Positions 10,098 to 20,504 are shown, numbered from the whole stretch's first letter. The stretch: DNA of 63,860 nucleotides, filler included, from 4 parts of 4 records of this genome joined end to end with filler, not necessarily neighbours in it, one strand, 5' to 3'. Notes: generated by a model not told the origin, from the sequence alone. Translations and numbers: made by a program.

Positions 10098-11027
10098 GTG
10101 CGCAACGAACGTTCAACCGAAGACATCGCCATGGGAATCCGCAGACGGGTGTTCGAACACTCGATGCGCAACAATGGCGGTTATCTTAGCCAGGCCTGTT
10201 CAGCGGCTGAACAATTGGCGTTTTTGTACAATGAGGGCCTCAATCTCGGCGAGCCGGTGTTGCCCGCCGTCCCCAAGCCCTTTGCCGGCGTGCCGTCCGC
10301 CAACAATCCCGATTATGTTACCGGTGCCGGCTACAACGGCCCGTTCGAGCCGCAGTATGACCGCCTGTTCATCGCGCCGGCGCACTATGCGCTGGTCGCC
10401 TATGCGACACTGATCGAAACCGGCCGCATGGATGCTGAAGGCCTGGAAATGTTCAACAAGGACGGCTCGTCCGTGGAAATGATAGGCGCCGAACATTCGC
10501 CCGGCATGGAAGTCCACAACGGCACTTTGGGCATAGGCCTGTCGACCGGTGCAGGCCTCGCCTACGGCCGCAAGCGCCGCGGCGAGAGCGGCCAGACCTG
10601 CGTGTTCATGTCCGATGGCGAAGTTCAGGAAGGTCAGACCTGGGAAGCGGTCCAGGCCGCAGCCCACCACGGCATCGACAATCTCTGGGCGCTGATGGAC
10701 GTCAATGACCAGCAGTGTGATGGCGCGATGGATTCGGTCATGGAAGTCCGTGACATCGCCACCAAGTTCCGCGCCTTTGGCGCTGTCTGTGTCGAGATCG
10801 ATGCACATGACCTCGACGCCATGCGTCAGGCGAAGGCCGAGCCGCATGAAGGCCAGCCGCTGATCATTCTGGCACGCTCATCGCCGACAAAGGGCATGAG
10901 CTTCCTGCAGAAACGCTTTCCCCGTCTGCACTATGTGCGCTTCAAATCCGAAGAGGAGCGGGCAGAGATGAACATCTCGATTGCCGCCGAACTCGGTATC
11001 GACCCAATCGAACTGGAGACGCACTGA
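10098..11027 (+). CDS. Split transketolase, N-terminal ThDP-binding subunit (atypical active site)
   Basis: DRLFIAPAH, NGTLGIGLS and ThDP motif SDGEVQEGQTWEA...DVNDQQCDG. GTG start at 10098 follows GGGAGG. Confidence 0.9.
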   Translation: MRNERSTEDIAMGIRRRVFEHSMRNNGGYLSQACSAAEQLAFLYNEGLNLGEPVLPAVPKPFAGVPSANNPDYVTGAGYNGPFEPQYDRLFIAPAHYALVAYATLIETGRMDAEGLEMFNKDGSSVEMIGAEHSPGMEVHNGTLGIGLSTGAGLAYGRKRRGESGQTCVFMSDGEVQEGQTWEAVQAAAHHGIDNLWALMDVNDQQCDGAMDSVMEVRDIATKFRAFGAVCVEIDAHDLDAMRQAKAEPHEGQPLIILARSSPTKGMSFLQKRFPRLHYVRFKSEEERAEMNISIAAELGIDPIELETH

Positions 11028-12031
11028 TGGTTGAGATGGTCAGTCGCCCTTACGCCTCCGCATTCGAGGCCTTCGCGGTCAAGAATCCCGACGTCCTTTG
11101 CCTGTCCGCCGACCTGACCTCGTCCTGCGAGATCGACGGCTTCCGTGACCGGCATCCGGACCAGTTCCTGTCGCTCGGCATGGCCGAGCAGAACATGATG
11201 AGCTTTGCCGGCGGGCTTGGACTTGCCGGCTACCGGCCGTTCCTGCATTCCTTCGGCGTGTTCCTCTATCGCCGTCCTTACGATCAGTTGATGGCTTCCG
11301 TTGCCTATCCGCGCCGCAAGGTCCGGCTGATGGGTTTCCTGCCGGGCATCACCACGCCCGGCGGCATGACACACCAGGCCATTGAAGACATCGCCGTGAT
11401 GCGGTCGATTCCCAACATGTCGATCCTTGAGACCGGTGACGCGACCGAAGTCGAGAGCATCTGCGAAGCGGCCGACTCGATTGATGGTCCGGTTTACTGC
11501 CGGGTGCTGCGCGGCTCGGTGCCGCGGCTGTTTGACAGCCCGATCAAGGTCGGCGAGATGCGTGAGCTTTCCAGCGGCGCCGATGTTCTGGTGGTGACCT
11601 CAGGCATCGCCACCGAAGAAGCACTGCGCGCCCGCGACGCGCTGTCAAATGCTGGTGTTTCGATCAGGCACCTGCACATCCATACCATCAAGCCGTTCAA
11701 CGATCAGGCACTGCTCGACCATATTGGCTCGGTCTCGAAGGGTGTCGTGGTGCTTGAAAACCATGTCATCACAGGCGGCGTCGGGTCGCTGGTTGCCGAG
11801 ATCATGGCCGACAATGGTGTTGGCAAACCGCTGGTGCGACTCGGCCTCAACGACACCTACGCCCATGGCGGCTCGCGCGGCTATCTGATGAAGCATTACG
11901 GTCTCGACGCCGGTGCGCTGGTGCGCGGCATTGAGCGGGTCATGGGAATAGAGACCGGTATCGACGAGGAAGCTCTCGCCAGTGCCCGGGTTGATGCTGT
12001 GCACTCCGCCGTCAAGGCCGAGGCTCTCTAG
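11027..12031 (+). CDS. Split transketolase, C-terminal (pyrimidine-binding plus C-terminal) subunit
   Basis: ADL, GMAEQNMM, RRPYDQ, THQAIEDIAVMRSIPNM, TIKPF and ENH..GG.GS; translationally coupled to the N-terminal subunit (TGATG). Confidence 0.92.
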   Translation: MVEMVSRPYASAFEAFAVKNPDVLCLSADLTSSCEIDGFRDRHPDQFLSLGMAEQNMMSFAGGLGLAGYRPFLHSFGVFLYRRPYDQLMASVAYPRRKVRLMGFLPGITTPGGMTHQAIEDIAVMRSIPNMSILETGDATEVESICEAADSIDGPVYCRVLRGSVPRLFDSPIKVGEMRELSSGADVLVVTSGIATEEALRARDALSNAGVSIRHLHIHTIKPFNDQALLDHIGSVSKGVVVLENHVITGGVGSLVAEIMADNGVGKPLVRLGLNDTYAHGGSRGYLMKHYGLDAGALVRGIERVMGIETGIDEEALASARVDAVHSAVKAEAL

Positions 12032-12033
12032 AG

Positions 12034-13167
12034 ATGGCTGATGACACCCGGTTCCGTGTCCGCTACCGGCTGCTTGCGGACAGCCCGCAAGAGGCCGATC
12101 AACGTGCCCTCGGCATCGCACTGGAGCAGACCGTCGAGATCCCCGGCGACATCGTCCCGGCGGGCTATATCGCCGATGAGATCGTCGGCCAGATCGAGGG
12201 CGTTCGTCCACTGTCCGGCAATGCCTATGAGGCAGAGATCTCCTACAGCCCTGATAGCGCCGGTGACGAGGTCATCCAGCTGATCAACGTGATCTTTGGC
12301 AATTCCTCGATACAGCAGAATATCCGGGTCACCGGTTTCGAGCCGGGAAAGGTGATCCGGGAACGGTTCACCGGACCACGTTTTGGCATCGAAGGCGTTC
12401 GCGCCCGTTCGGGAAGAGCCAAAGGCGGCCTGATTTCGCCGGTGATCAAGCCGCAAGGTTCGAGCGTCAAGCAGCTTGCTGATATTGCTTACAGCTGCAC
12501 TCTGGGCGGCGCCGACATCATCAAGGATGACCACGGCCTCGCCAATCAGACATTTGCGCCGTTCGCAGACCGTGTAAACGTGATCAGCGAAGCAGTCGCA
12601 GACGCCAATGCAAAATCCGGCAATTCGGCGCTCTACTTCGTCAATGTGACCGGCCACACAGGTTCGCCCGTGGACGAAGCATTCAAGGCCAAGGAAGCCG
12701 GTGCCGGAGGCGTGTTGCTGATGCCCGGCCTGATGGGCTTCGGCGTGGTGCAGGCACTGGCGCGCGACCCGTCGTTTGATTTGCCGATCATGACCCACCC
12801 GAGCTTCACCGGCCCCTATGTGCTCACCCCCGAAACCGGGGTGGCGCACGCCATCATGTATGGTGTGTTCCAGCGTCTCGCAGGATCGGATATTTCGGTG
12901 TTCCCGAATGTCGGCGGCCGCTTCGGCTTCAGCGTCGATGAATGCCTTTCCATCGCCCAAGCCTGTCGTGATCCGGATGGGATCGGCCGGGCCATGATGC
13001 CGAGCCCGGGCGGCGGCATGAGCGTCGAACGCGCCGGCGACATGGTCTCGATGTATGGCGAAGACGTTGTCTTCCTGCTCGGAGGAAGCCTGCTGCGGGC
13101 CGGCGACGCTATCGGCGATGCAGTCCGCGCCATGCGTGACGCAATCGACAGTTTGAATACTGATTGA
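12034..13167 (+). CDS. RuBisCO-like protein (form IV RLP, KDDH type; probable 5-methylthioribulose-1-P / 5-deoxyribulose-1-P 1,3-isomerase)
   Basis: EQTVE, FGNSS, GPRFGIEG, IKPQG, GADIIKDDHGL (carbamylated-Lys motif with His in place of Glu), MTHPSFTG, FPNVGGRF, PSPGGG and LLGGS. Confidence 0.93.
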   Translation: MADDTRFRVRYRLLADSPQEADQRALGIALEQTVEIPGDIVPAGYIADEIVGQIEGVRPLSGNAYEAEISYSPDSAGDEVIQLINVIFGNSSIQQNIRVTGFEPGKVIRERFTGPRFGIEGVRARSGRAKGGLISPVIKPQGSSVKQLADIAYSCTLGGADIIKDDHGLANQTFAPFADRVNVISEAVADANAKSGNSALYFVNVTGHTGSPVDEAFKAKEAGAGGVLLMPGLMGFGVVQALARDPSFDLPIMTHPSFTGPYVLTPETGVAHAIMYGVFQRLAGSDISVFPNVGGRFGFSVDECLSIAQACRDPDGIGRAMMPSPGGGMSVERAGDMVSMYGEDVVFLLGGSLLRAGDAIGDAVRAMRDAIDSLNTD

Positions 13168-13195
13168 CCATTAAAGCTCTGTCCCTGAAGACTAT

Positions 13196-13225
13196 GGGGT
13201 TCGGTCGAAAGACCGGCCTTTTTTT
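13196..13225 (+). terminator. Intrinsic terminator of the transketolase-RLP operon
   Basis: GGTTCGGTC-GAAA-GACCGGCC followed by T7. Confidence 0.75.
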
Positions 13226-13248
13226 GGTCTGGGTACTGGAGGCCGCAC

Positions 13249-13279
13249 AAAAAAGGCCGCATCCGAGAATGCGGCCTTT
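13249..13279 (-). terminator. Intrinsic terminator of the sugar ABC operon
   Basis: AAAGGCCGCAT-CCGAGA-ATGCGGCCTTT hairpin with a preceding A run that reads as a T tract on the minus strand. Confidence 0.8.
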
Positions 13280-13303
13280 GCCATCCTGGGAGGATGTTGG
13301 GTA

Positions 13304-14359
13304 TTAGCGTGCAGGCAGCGGCATCCAGTCGGTCATGGCAACATCGGCATGAGCGAACTGAGGCATACTGGCCGACAGCTCTTCCATGTTCTTGATGTCG
13401 TTTTCAACCAGGAAGGACTGCGTGATCAGGGTTGGTGGCACCACGACCTGGGCATCCACATCACCACCGGTGAGCATGATAGCCAGAGCACGCACCGAGA
13501 CTTCACCGACAACGGCCGGATTGGTGGCAACAGTCGCTGCCCAGGCGCTGTCAGGCTCGCGCATTGCCGAGATGTCGGCGGTTGATACGTCAGCTGAATA
13601 GATCTTCACGTCCTGCGACAGACCGGCTTCATCAACAGCAATTTTCACGCCCTTGGCAAATTCGTCAAAGGGAGCAAAGAACACCGAGATGTCGGGATTT
13701 GCCTGCAGCACCGAACGGGCCTGGTTGGCGTTGGAGTTGGCGATTGGGTTGTCGAGCGTGCCCATCTGCGCCTTTTCGACGACGCCCGGATTGGCTGCCT
13801 TGAACTCTTCCCAGGCAACATGACGGCGGTCTAGCGGCGCAATGCCCGGCACATAGACATAGCCGGCATTCCACTCGGTGCCATTGTCCTTGGCCGCCTG
13901 TTCGAGCGCCAGTTTACCAAGCAGATAGTCCGACTGTTCGATCTGCGGAATTGCCGGGTTTTCAACATTCACGTCGAATGCGACGACCTTGATGCCCGCA
14001 TCGATGGCGCGCTGTGCGGCTTCCTGCATGGATTCGGTCAGGCCGTGCTGGATGATGATGCCATCAACGCCAAGCGCGATTGCCTGATCCACCATGTCTG
14101 CCTGCAAGGCGGCATCCTGACGGCTGTCGAGCACGCGCAGATCAACACCGAGTGCCGCGGCCTGCTTCTCAACGCCCGAAAGATAGGCCTGGAAGAAGTC
14201 GCCGGTGGAGAGATAGCGCACCAGCGCGATCTTCACGTCGCCGGGATTGTCCAGCGGTGCTGGCATGTCGGCAGCCTGCGCAAAGCCTGCGGGAAGGGTG
14301 ACGGCCGCGGCCGCAAGGCCTGCGAACAGGGCAAGTGCTTTTCTGCGTATGATTTTCAT
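13304..14359 (-). CDS. Sugar ABC transporter substrate-binding protein (candidate methylthioribose/deoxyribose binder)
   Basis: Signal peptide and RbsB-like type I PBP motifs (QADMVDQAIALGVDGIII, AGIKVVAFD). The ligand is inferred from adjacent mtnK/mtnA. Confidence 0.88.
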   Translation of the reverse strand: MKIIRRKALALFAGLAAAAVTLPAGFAQAADMPAPLDNPGDVKIALVRYLSTGDFFQAYLSGVEKQAAALGVDLRVLDSRQDAALQADMVDQAIALGVDGIIIQHGLTESMQEAAQRAIDAGIKVVAFDVNVENPAIPQIEQSDYLLGKLALEQAAKDNGTEWNAGYVYVPGIAPLDRRHVAWEEFKAANPGVVEKAQMGTLDNPIANSNANQARSVLQANPDISVFFAPFDEFAKGVKIAVDEAGLSQDVKIYSADVSTADISAMREPDSAWAATVATNPAVVGEVSVRALAIMLTGGDVDAQVVVPPTLITQSFLVENDIKNMEELSASMPQFAHADVAMTDWMPLPAR

Positions 14360-14391
14360 GCTGTTTTCCTCCGTTAAAGTATTGGTCTTGC

Positions 14392-15462
14392 TTAGTGGCC
14401 GCCGGCTTTTCTGGCCGACAGCGAAAAGGTGAAGACAAGGGCGATGACAAGCACCAGGCCCTTGATGAAATCCTGGGTGTAGTAGGGTGCGTTCATCATC
14501 GTCAGGCCCTGCAGCAGGATGCCGACGAACAGCGCGCCCATGGATGTGCCGAAAGCGTTCGGCTTGGCAGCACCCAGCACTGCGAAGCCGATCAACGAGG
14601 CGGCAACCGCATCAAGCAGCAGATTGGTGCCCGAGGCGATGTCACCGCGGCCCAGACGGGCAGCAAGCAGCATGCCGGCTATCGAGGCCAGGACGCCGGA
14701 GATCATGTAAGCCATGATCTTGTATTTGTTGACATTGGTTCCGGTCAGGCTCGCAGCCCGCTCGTTCGAGCCGATGGCATACATCAGACGGCCGTGGCGG
14801 GTGAGCTCAAGGAAAATCCAGACCAGAATGCCAATCGCAACAAGGAAGATGACCGGGGCCGGGAGCAGGTTTTCCAGCATGAAATCGAACCGGTGACGGC
14901 CAAGCTGCAGGAACAGCGGCGAAAAGGTGCCTTCGGCGGTGGTGCCGTCGGGCAGCGTCATGCCCATGGCGATCGAGCGGCCTTCGGTGGGAATCCGTTG
15001 CAGGCCAACCAGCAGGAACATCATGCCAAGGGTGGCCAGGAGATCAGGGACCTTGGTCTTGACGATCAGCAGGCCGTTGATCAGACCGATGACGGCGCCC
15101 ATGACGAGGCAGGCAACAATTGCGACGAAGGCGGATTGTTCCAGCACCACCATCATATAGGCCGCCAGCATCATCGACGAGGTGGCGACCGAACCGATCG
15201 ACAGGTCGAACCCGCCGACCACCAGCGTACAGGTGACGCCGAGCGCCAGAATGCCGGTAATGGCCACCGACTGGAAAATGAACACGGCACTGCGCGGGCC
15301 GGCAAAACCGTTGGCAAAGACCGAGAAGAAAATTACCAAGCCAAGCAGCAACGCCAAAAAGCCGTAACGGATAGCAATGTCGAGCAGGCCTGCTGATCGT
15401 GGCTGTGGTTTGCCTGCTCCAGGAGTGGTGCTGCCGGAAATGTCTGTCTGGTCCATGCTCAT
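14392..15462 (-). CDS. Sugar ABC transporter permease (RbsC-like)
   Basis: GGFDLSIGS, PDLLATLG and GRLMYAIGSNERAA motifs. Confidence 0.92.
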   Translation of the reverse strand: MSMDQTDISGSTTPGAGKPQPRSAGLLDIAIRYGFLALLLGLVIFFSVFANGFAGPRSAVFIFQSVAITGILALGVTCTLVVGGFDLSIGSVATSSMMLAAYMMVVLEQSAFVAIVACLVMGAVIGLINGLLIVKTKVPDLLATLGMMFLLVGLQRIPTEGRSIAMGMTLPDGTTAEGTFSPLFLQLGRHRFDFMLENLLPAPVIFLVAIGILVWIFLELTRHGRLMYAIGSNERAASLTGTNVNKYKIMAYMISGVLASIAGMLLAARLGRGDIASGTNLLLDAVAASLIGFAVLGAAKPNAFGTSMGALFVGILLQGLTMMNAPYYTQDFIKGLVLVIALVFTFSLSARKAGGH

Positions 15463-16991
15463 GCGTGTGCTGTCCTTGCGGCGCTGCCGTTATCTGCCGG
15501 CATGGCCCCGGTTACTGCGGTCAGGATCTCATTGAGATCCACGTTCTCGTTTCTGAATTCTGCCGAGACCGAGTGCTCGGTCATGACGATGATACGGTCG
15601 GCGACTTCAAGTGCCTCGTCGAGTTCGGAGACGAACACCAGCGTCGCGCGGTTTTTCGCGGTTTCGCGGATCTTGCGGCCAATGTCTCTGCGGGCGCGGA
15701 TATCGACGCCCTGGAACGGCTCGTCGAGCAGCAACAGCCGGCATTCCTCGGCCAGCCAGCGCGCCAGCATGACTTTCTGCTGGTTGCCGCCCGACAGCGT
15801 GCCGATGGAATCGGTCTCGCCCTGGCAGACAATCGACAACGCCTCGATCATCTCGTTGGCGGTGCGGCGCTCGTCCGAACGCTTGATGAACGACAGGTTC
15901 GAATAGCGCGCCAGGAAGGGCAGGGTGATGTTGCGGGTGATGTCGAAATCGGCAACCACGGCATTGTTGGCGCGGTCTTTCGAAGACATGAACACGCCAC
16001 TCTTGATGGCGGCTTGCGGACTTGTCGGCGCATGGTCCTGGCCATCGATCCGGATTCGCCCGCTTGCCGGACGCCCCAGCCCGAACAGGCTTTGTGCGAA
16101 AGCGCTCTTGCCGCTGCCGAGCAGGCCGGTCACTGCGACAATTTCATTTTCGCACAGATCGAAATCGAATGCTGCGCTGTTGGGAAGCAGTCGCAGATCG
16201 CTGACCTCGAGCACGCGCTTGCCGGGAGCAGGAATGGCGATGTCGACATCGGTCATCCGGTGGCCGAGCATCGCATTGACCGCGCCCTCGTAGTCGAGGG
16301 CTTCGCCTTCAAAAACGCCGGAGATTTCACCGTCGCGCATCGACACGATCCGGTCGGCGATACGGCGGATATCGGACATGCGGTGCGAGATATAAAGCAC
16401 AGCCACACCCTTGGCCGACAGTCGTTCGATCAGCAGAAACAACCGTTCGGCTTCCGAGGCTGACAGCGACGATGTTGGTTCGTCGAGAATGAGCAGTTGC
16501 GGATCGTGCGCCATGGCACGCGCGATGGCGATCAGCTGCCGGTCTGCAACGCCGAGTTCTGCAACGGATTGCCGGACATTGAGTGACAAGCCCATCTGGC
16601 TGGCAATGCGTTCCGCTTCGGCATAGTTTTGCTTGCGCTTGAGGAAGAAGCCGTAGCCCGGTTCTGCCAGCCGGTCGATCAGCAGGTTGGAGGCGACATC
16701 GAGATCAGGGATCACCCCATCATTGATGTTCTGGTGGACAGTTACCACACCGGCACGGATGGCTGCCGACGGGCTTGATGGTCGGAAATCCTTGCCAAGC
16801 AGGCTGATGGAGCCAGAGTCGAGTGCGTGCACACCGCTAAGGATTTTGACCAGAGTGGACTTGCCCGCGCCATTGGCGCCCATCAGCACAGTGACGGATC
16901 CCGCAGGCAGCGACAGGTTGAGCTGTTTGAGGACGCGATTGTCCCCGAACGACTTATCCACGCCCCGCAGATCGCAAAGAGTTCCGTTCAT
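15459..16991 (-). CDS. Sugar ABC transporter ATP-binding protein (RbsA-like, tandem NBDs)
   Basis: GANGAGKS, LILDEPTSSLS, YISHRM, LSGGNQQKV and DEPFQGVD. Confidence 0.93.
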   Translation of the reverse strand: MNGTLCDLRGVDKSFGDNRVLKQLNLSLPAGSVTVLMGANGAGKSTLVKILSGVHALDSGSISLLGKDFRPSSPSAAIRAGVVTVHQNINDGVIPDLDVASNLLIDRLAEPGYGFFLKRKQNYAEAERIASQMGLSLNVRQSVAELGVADRQLIAIARAMAHDPQLLILDEPTSSLSASEAERLFLLIERLSAKGVAVLYISHRMSDIRRIADRIVSMRDGEISGVFEGEALDYEGAVNAMLGHRMTDVDIAIPAPGKRVLEVSDLRLLPNSAAFDFDLCENEIVAVTGLLGSGKSAFAQSLFGLGRPASGRIRIDGQDHAPTSPQAAIKSGVFMSSKDRANNAVVADFDITRNITLPFLARYSNLSFIKRSDERRTANEMIEALSIVCQGETDSIGTLSGGNQQKVMLARWLAEECRLLLLDEPFQGVDIRARRDIGRKIRETAKNRATLVFVSELDEALEVADRIIVMTEHSVSAEFRNENVDLNEILTAVTGAMPADNGSAARTAHA

Positions 16992-17024
16992 GCTGTCCTC
17001 CCGCTATGATGAAAACAGCAGCAG

Positions 17025-17053
17025 TGACAAAAGTCAATACGTATTGACAAATG
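17025..17053. promoter_or_regulatory. Putative SorC-family operator in the ABC/mtnK divergent promoter
   Basis: TGACAAAAGTCAATACGTATTGACAAATG. It contains the perfect palindrome GTCAATACGTATTGAC and matches the reverse complement of 20505-20533 at 24 of 29 positions. Confidence 0.7.
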
Positions 17054-17114
17054 ATTGATACCGACACTAGGCTTGGTCAACGAGCAGCCTGGACTGTCAA
17101 CTGGGAGGATAGTT

Positions 17115-18377
17115 TTGAGCAACAACTACAAACCTTTATCGCCGGAAAGCCTGGGTCAGCGCCTGGGTGATCTTGATGTCATGAACAAGGCTGTCGGCAG
17201 CAATGTTGATGCCTGGACGGTACGGGAAGTCGGTGACGGCAATCTCAATCTCGTCTTTATTGTGGAAGGCGATGCAGGAAGCGTTATCGTCAAGCAGGCG
17301 CTTCCCTATGTGCGTCTGGTCGGTGACAGCTGGCCACTGCCGCTCAAGCGCGCCTTTTTTGAATATCATGCGTTGACCCGCCAGGAAGCTCGGGATCCGG
17401 GCAGTGTTCCCGAAGTCCTGCATTTCGATGAGGAGCAAGCGCTGATCATCATGGAACGCCTGCAGCCCCATATTATTCTGCGCCAGCAGACCATGGAAGG
17501 GCGCAAGGTTGCGGGACTTGGCAAGGCCTTGGGATTGTTTACTGCACGCACGGCGTTCCGTGGGTCGGATTTGTCAATGACGGCCGGAGACAAGAAAGCC
17601 GACGTCGCCCTGTTCGCCGGCAATGTCGAGCTTTGCGACATCACCGAGTCGCTGGTCTTCAATGATCCCTACTATGACGCGGAGATGAACCGGCACACCA
17701 CGCCGCAGCTTGACGGCATTGTTGCCGAACTGCGCAGCGACATCGCGCTCAAGGTGGAAGTCCAGCACATGAAGCGGGCGTTCACCTCCCGCGGCGAAAC
17801 CATGTGCCATGGCGACCTGCACGCTGGCTCGATCATGGTGACCGATAACCAGTCACGGATCATCGATCCGGAATTTGCCTATTACGGGCCTTTCGGCTTC
17901 GACATCGGCATGCTGATCGGCAATTACCTGATGGCCTATCACGCCATGCCGGCCCATATCTCCGATGCCGACGAGTGCCGGGATTTTCAGGACTGGATCC
18001 TCTCCGTCATTGCGGAAACCTGGTCTGTCTTCCGGGAAGAGTTTTTGCGCCTGTGGCGCACCGAGCGGACCGGCATCCTCTATCCGAAGGCGCTCTACGA
18101 GGATCAGGGGCATCACTTCGCTTCTGAAAGCGCTGCCGAACAGCTGCTGGGAGAGATTTTCCGCGATCTCGTTGGCTTCGCCGGTATTGAAATGCACCGC
18201 CGTATTCTGGGACTGGCTCATGTCGCCGAACTCGATACCATCGAGGACGAGGATCTCAAGGCGCGTTGCGAAGCCAAGTGCCTGAAGCTGGGGCAATTCC
18301 TGGTCATCAACAGAAATCGCCTGACGGGCATGGATGCCGTACTGGCAGCAGCGCAGCGCGCTGAAACGGGAGCATAA
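17115..18377 (+). CDS. mtnK: S-methyl-5-thioribose kinase
   Basis: [55 protein letters not shown] and [12 protein letters not shown] start at 17115 follows GGGAGG. Confidence 0.96.
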   Translation: MSNNYKPLSPESLGQRLGDLDVMNKAVGSNVDAWTVREVGDGNLNLVFIVEGDAGSVIVKQALPYVRLVGDSWPLPLKRAFFEYHALTRQEARDPGSVPEVLHFDEEQALIIMERLQPHIILRQQTMEGRKVAGLGKALGLFTARTAFRGSDLSMTAGDKKADVALFAGNVELCDITESLVFNDPYYDAEMNRHTTPQLDGIVAELRSDIALKVEVQHMKRAFTSRGETMCHGDLHAGSIMVTDNQSRIIDPEFAYYGPFGFDIGMLIGNYLMAYHAMPAHISDADECRDFQDWILSVIAETWSVFREEFLRLWRTERTGILYPKALYEDQGHHFASESAAEQLLGEIFRDLVGFAGIEMHRRILGLAHVAELDTIEDEDLKARCEAKCLKLGQFLVINRNRLTGMDAVLAAAQRAETGA

Positions 18378-18379
18378 GA

Positions 18380-19483
18380 ATGAAGGTTGGCGATACAAAT
18401 TACCGATCGATATGGTTTGATGGTGAAAAGGCCAAGGTCCAGATCATTGACCAGCGCTGGCTGCCGCATGAATTCCGGGTGGTCGAACTCGACACGCTTG
18501 ACGAATTCGCAACCGCAATCCGCGACATGTGGGTGCGCGGCGCGCCGTTGATCGGTGCCACTGCCGCTTATGGCGTCGCCATCGAAATGCAGCGCGATGC
18601 CTCTGATGCGGCGCTCGACAATGCCTGGGAGCGGTTGCACGAGACCCGGCCGACAGCGGTCAATCTGCGCTGGGCGCTTGATGAAATGCGCCAGGCGCTT
18701 GGCGGTCTTGCCGAAAACGAGCGCGCGACGGCCGCCTTCCGCAAGGCTCAGGACATCTGCGATGCCGATGTCGAGACCAACCGGATGATCGGCGTTCATG
18801 GTCTGGAGATCATCAAGAAGATAGCGGCGACCAAGAAGCCCGGTGAAGCCGTCAACATTCTCACCCACTGCAATGCAGGCTGGCTGGCGACGGTGGATTG
18901 GGGCACTGCCACCTCGCCGATGTATCACGCGGCAACCGCTGGCATTCCCATCCATGTCTGGGTCGACGAAACCCGGCCGCGCAACCAGGGCGCACAGTTG
19001 ACCAGCTGGGAAATGAACAGCCACGGTATCCCGCATCATCTCATTGTCGACAATGCTGGCGGACATCTGATGCAGCATGGCGAAGTCGATCTGGTTATCG
19101 TCGGCACTGACCGGACCACGGCCTCGGGCGATGTTTGCAACAAGATCGGCACCTATCTCAAGGCACTGGCCGCACACGACAACAATGTGCCGTTCTATGT
19201 GGCCCTGCCTTCGAGCACGATCGACTGGACCGTCGATGATGGCGTCCGTGAAATCCCGATCGAGGAGCGTGACGACCGCGAGGTCACCCACGTCTTCGGT
19301 CGCCTGGAAGACGGCAGCGTCACTTCGGTGCAGATCTCGCCCGACGGCACGCCCGGTGGCAACCCGGCTTTCGATGTGACGCCGGCGCGGCTGGTCACCG
19401 GCCTGATCACCGAGCGCGGTGTCGCCGAAGCCACTCGTGAAGGTCTGTTGGGTCTGTTTCCGGAGCGCCGCAACGCTGCCTGA
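18380..19483 (+). CDS. mtnA: S-methyl-5-thioribose-1-phosphate isomerase
   Basis: [51 protein letters not shown] and NPAFDVTP. Confidence 0.97.
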   Translation: MKVGDTNYRSIWFDGEKAKVQIIDQRWLPHEFRVVELDTLDEFATAIRDMWVRGAPLIGATAAYGVAIEMQRDASDAALDNAWERLHETRPTAVNLRWALDEMRQALGGLAENERATAAFRKAQDICDADVETNRMIGVHGLEIIKKIAATKKPGEAVNILTHCNAGWLATVDWGTATSPMYHAATAGIPIHVWVDETRPRNQGAQLTSWEMNSHGIPHHLIVDNAGGHLMQHGEVDLVIVGTDRTTASGDVCNKIGTYLKALAAHDNNVPFYVALPSSTIDWTVDDGVREIPIEERDDREVTHVFGRLEDGSVTSVQISPDGTPGGNPAFDVTPARLVTGLITERGVAEATREGLLGLFPERRNAA

Positions 19484-19510
19484 GTGTCACTCGCCTGAGG
19501 CGTAGTTGTC

Positions 19511-20482
19511 TCAGGCGAGGTCCATCATCGCGGCTGCGCAACTCTGGTTCGTCACCACATGGGTGGCGTATCCACCCCGGATGGCGGCAACGGCAGCCGG
19601 CACGCGTTCCTCGCCCACCGACACCAGGATGCCCATGTCGCGGTGGCGCAATTCTTCGAGCTCGATGCCCATCATGCGGTCATCGAGGGGGCCGCTGACC
19701 GGGTCGCCCTTGGCATCGATAAAGCGTCCGCACATCACCCCGACCGCACCTTGCGCGATATAGTCTTCCAGCTCCTGCTGCGTGGCGACGCCGCTGGACG
19801 CGACATGACTGTCGGGATTGCACGAGCCGACGGCAAACAGCGTCTTGTTGCAGTCTCTGATGGCGTCGAGCTGCTTGGCGATCAGCGATTCCGCGCGGAG
19901 TGTGGCCGCGATTTCGGCGGTGCTCAGGATTGCCGGTACATGCAGGTTGATGCACTTGGCAGAGAATTTCCGCGCCACGTTGGAGGAGCAAACGTCAGCC
20001 GAGAAGCCGTAGGGCGTGGCCATCGAACCAACCAGTTGCAGCACCGTGAGATCGGGAATGGTGGTCTGCTCAAGCCGTTCGGCAACATCGTAGATGGTCT
20101 TGCCCCAGGCAACGCCGAGCCGGTCGCCCGGCTCAAGCAGGCTTGGTAGCCAGTCCGCCGCTCCGCGTATGATGCGGCTTGCGTGGTCGTCCTGGCCGCC
20201 CGTGCCATCGGGGAGGATATAGGCAGCCTTGAGGCCGAAACGGTCGCGCAGATCCAGCGCCGCGCGGTGCGTGTTGAAAGCTTCAGGCGACAGTTTGGTG
20301 TGGATGTAGCCGCGTTCCCGCGCTTCCTGCAGGTAATTCACCACGGTCGCCCGCGAAACCAGCAACTTGTTGGCTATCTCGCTTTGATTGAGTCCGTCGT
20401 GGTAATAAAGCCAAGCGGTTTCGACGACGATATCCTCGCCGCTGATTTGTTTGGTAGAGCGCCTGGTAGAGTTCTGAGGCAT
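19511..20482 (-). CDS. SorC/DeoR/LsrR-family sugar-binding transcriptional regulator
   Basis: AWLYYHDGLNQSEIA...VSRATVVNYLQEARERG HTH and a sugar-binding domain (GVAWGKT, GAVG..GRFIDA.G). Confidence 0.93.
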   Translation of the reverse strand: MPQNSTRRSTKQISGEDIVVETAWLYYHDGLNQSEIANKLLVSRATVVNYLQEARERGYIHTKLSPEAFNTHRAALDLRDRFGLKAAYILPDGTGGQDDHASRIIRGAADWLPSLLEPGDRLGVAWGKTIYDVAERLEQTTIPDLTVLQLVGSMATPYGFSADVCSSNVARKFSAKCINLHVPAILSTAEIAATLRAESLIAKQLDAIRDCNKTLFAVGSCNPDSHVASSGVATQQELEDYIAQGAVGVMCGRFIDAKGDPVSGPLDDRMMGIELEELRHRDMGILVSVGEERVPAAVAAIRGGYATHVVTNQSCAAAMMDLA

Positions 20483-20504
20483 TTCAATCCATCATCAATA
20501 TATA

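Noticed and set aside
12034-13167. True RuBisCO / Calvin cycle with transketolase
   Set aside because: KDDH, the missing second Lys and loop-6 Lys, and the absence of a small subunit or phosphoribulokinase identify a form IV RLP.
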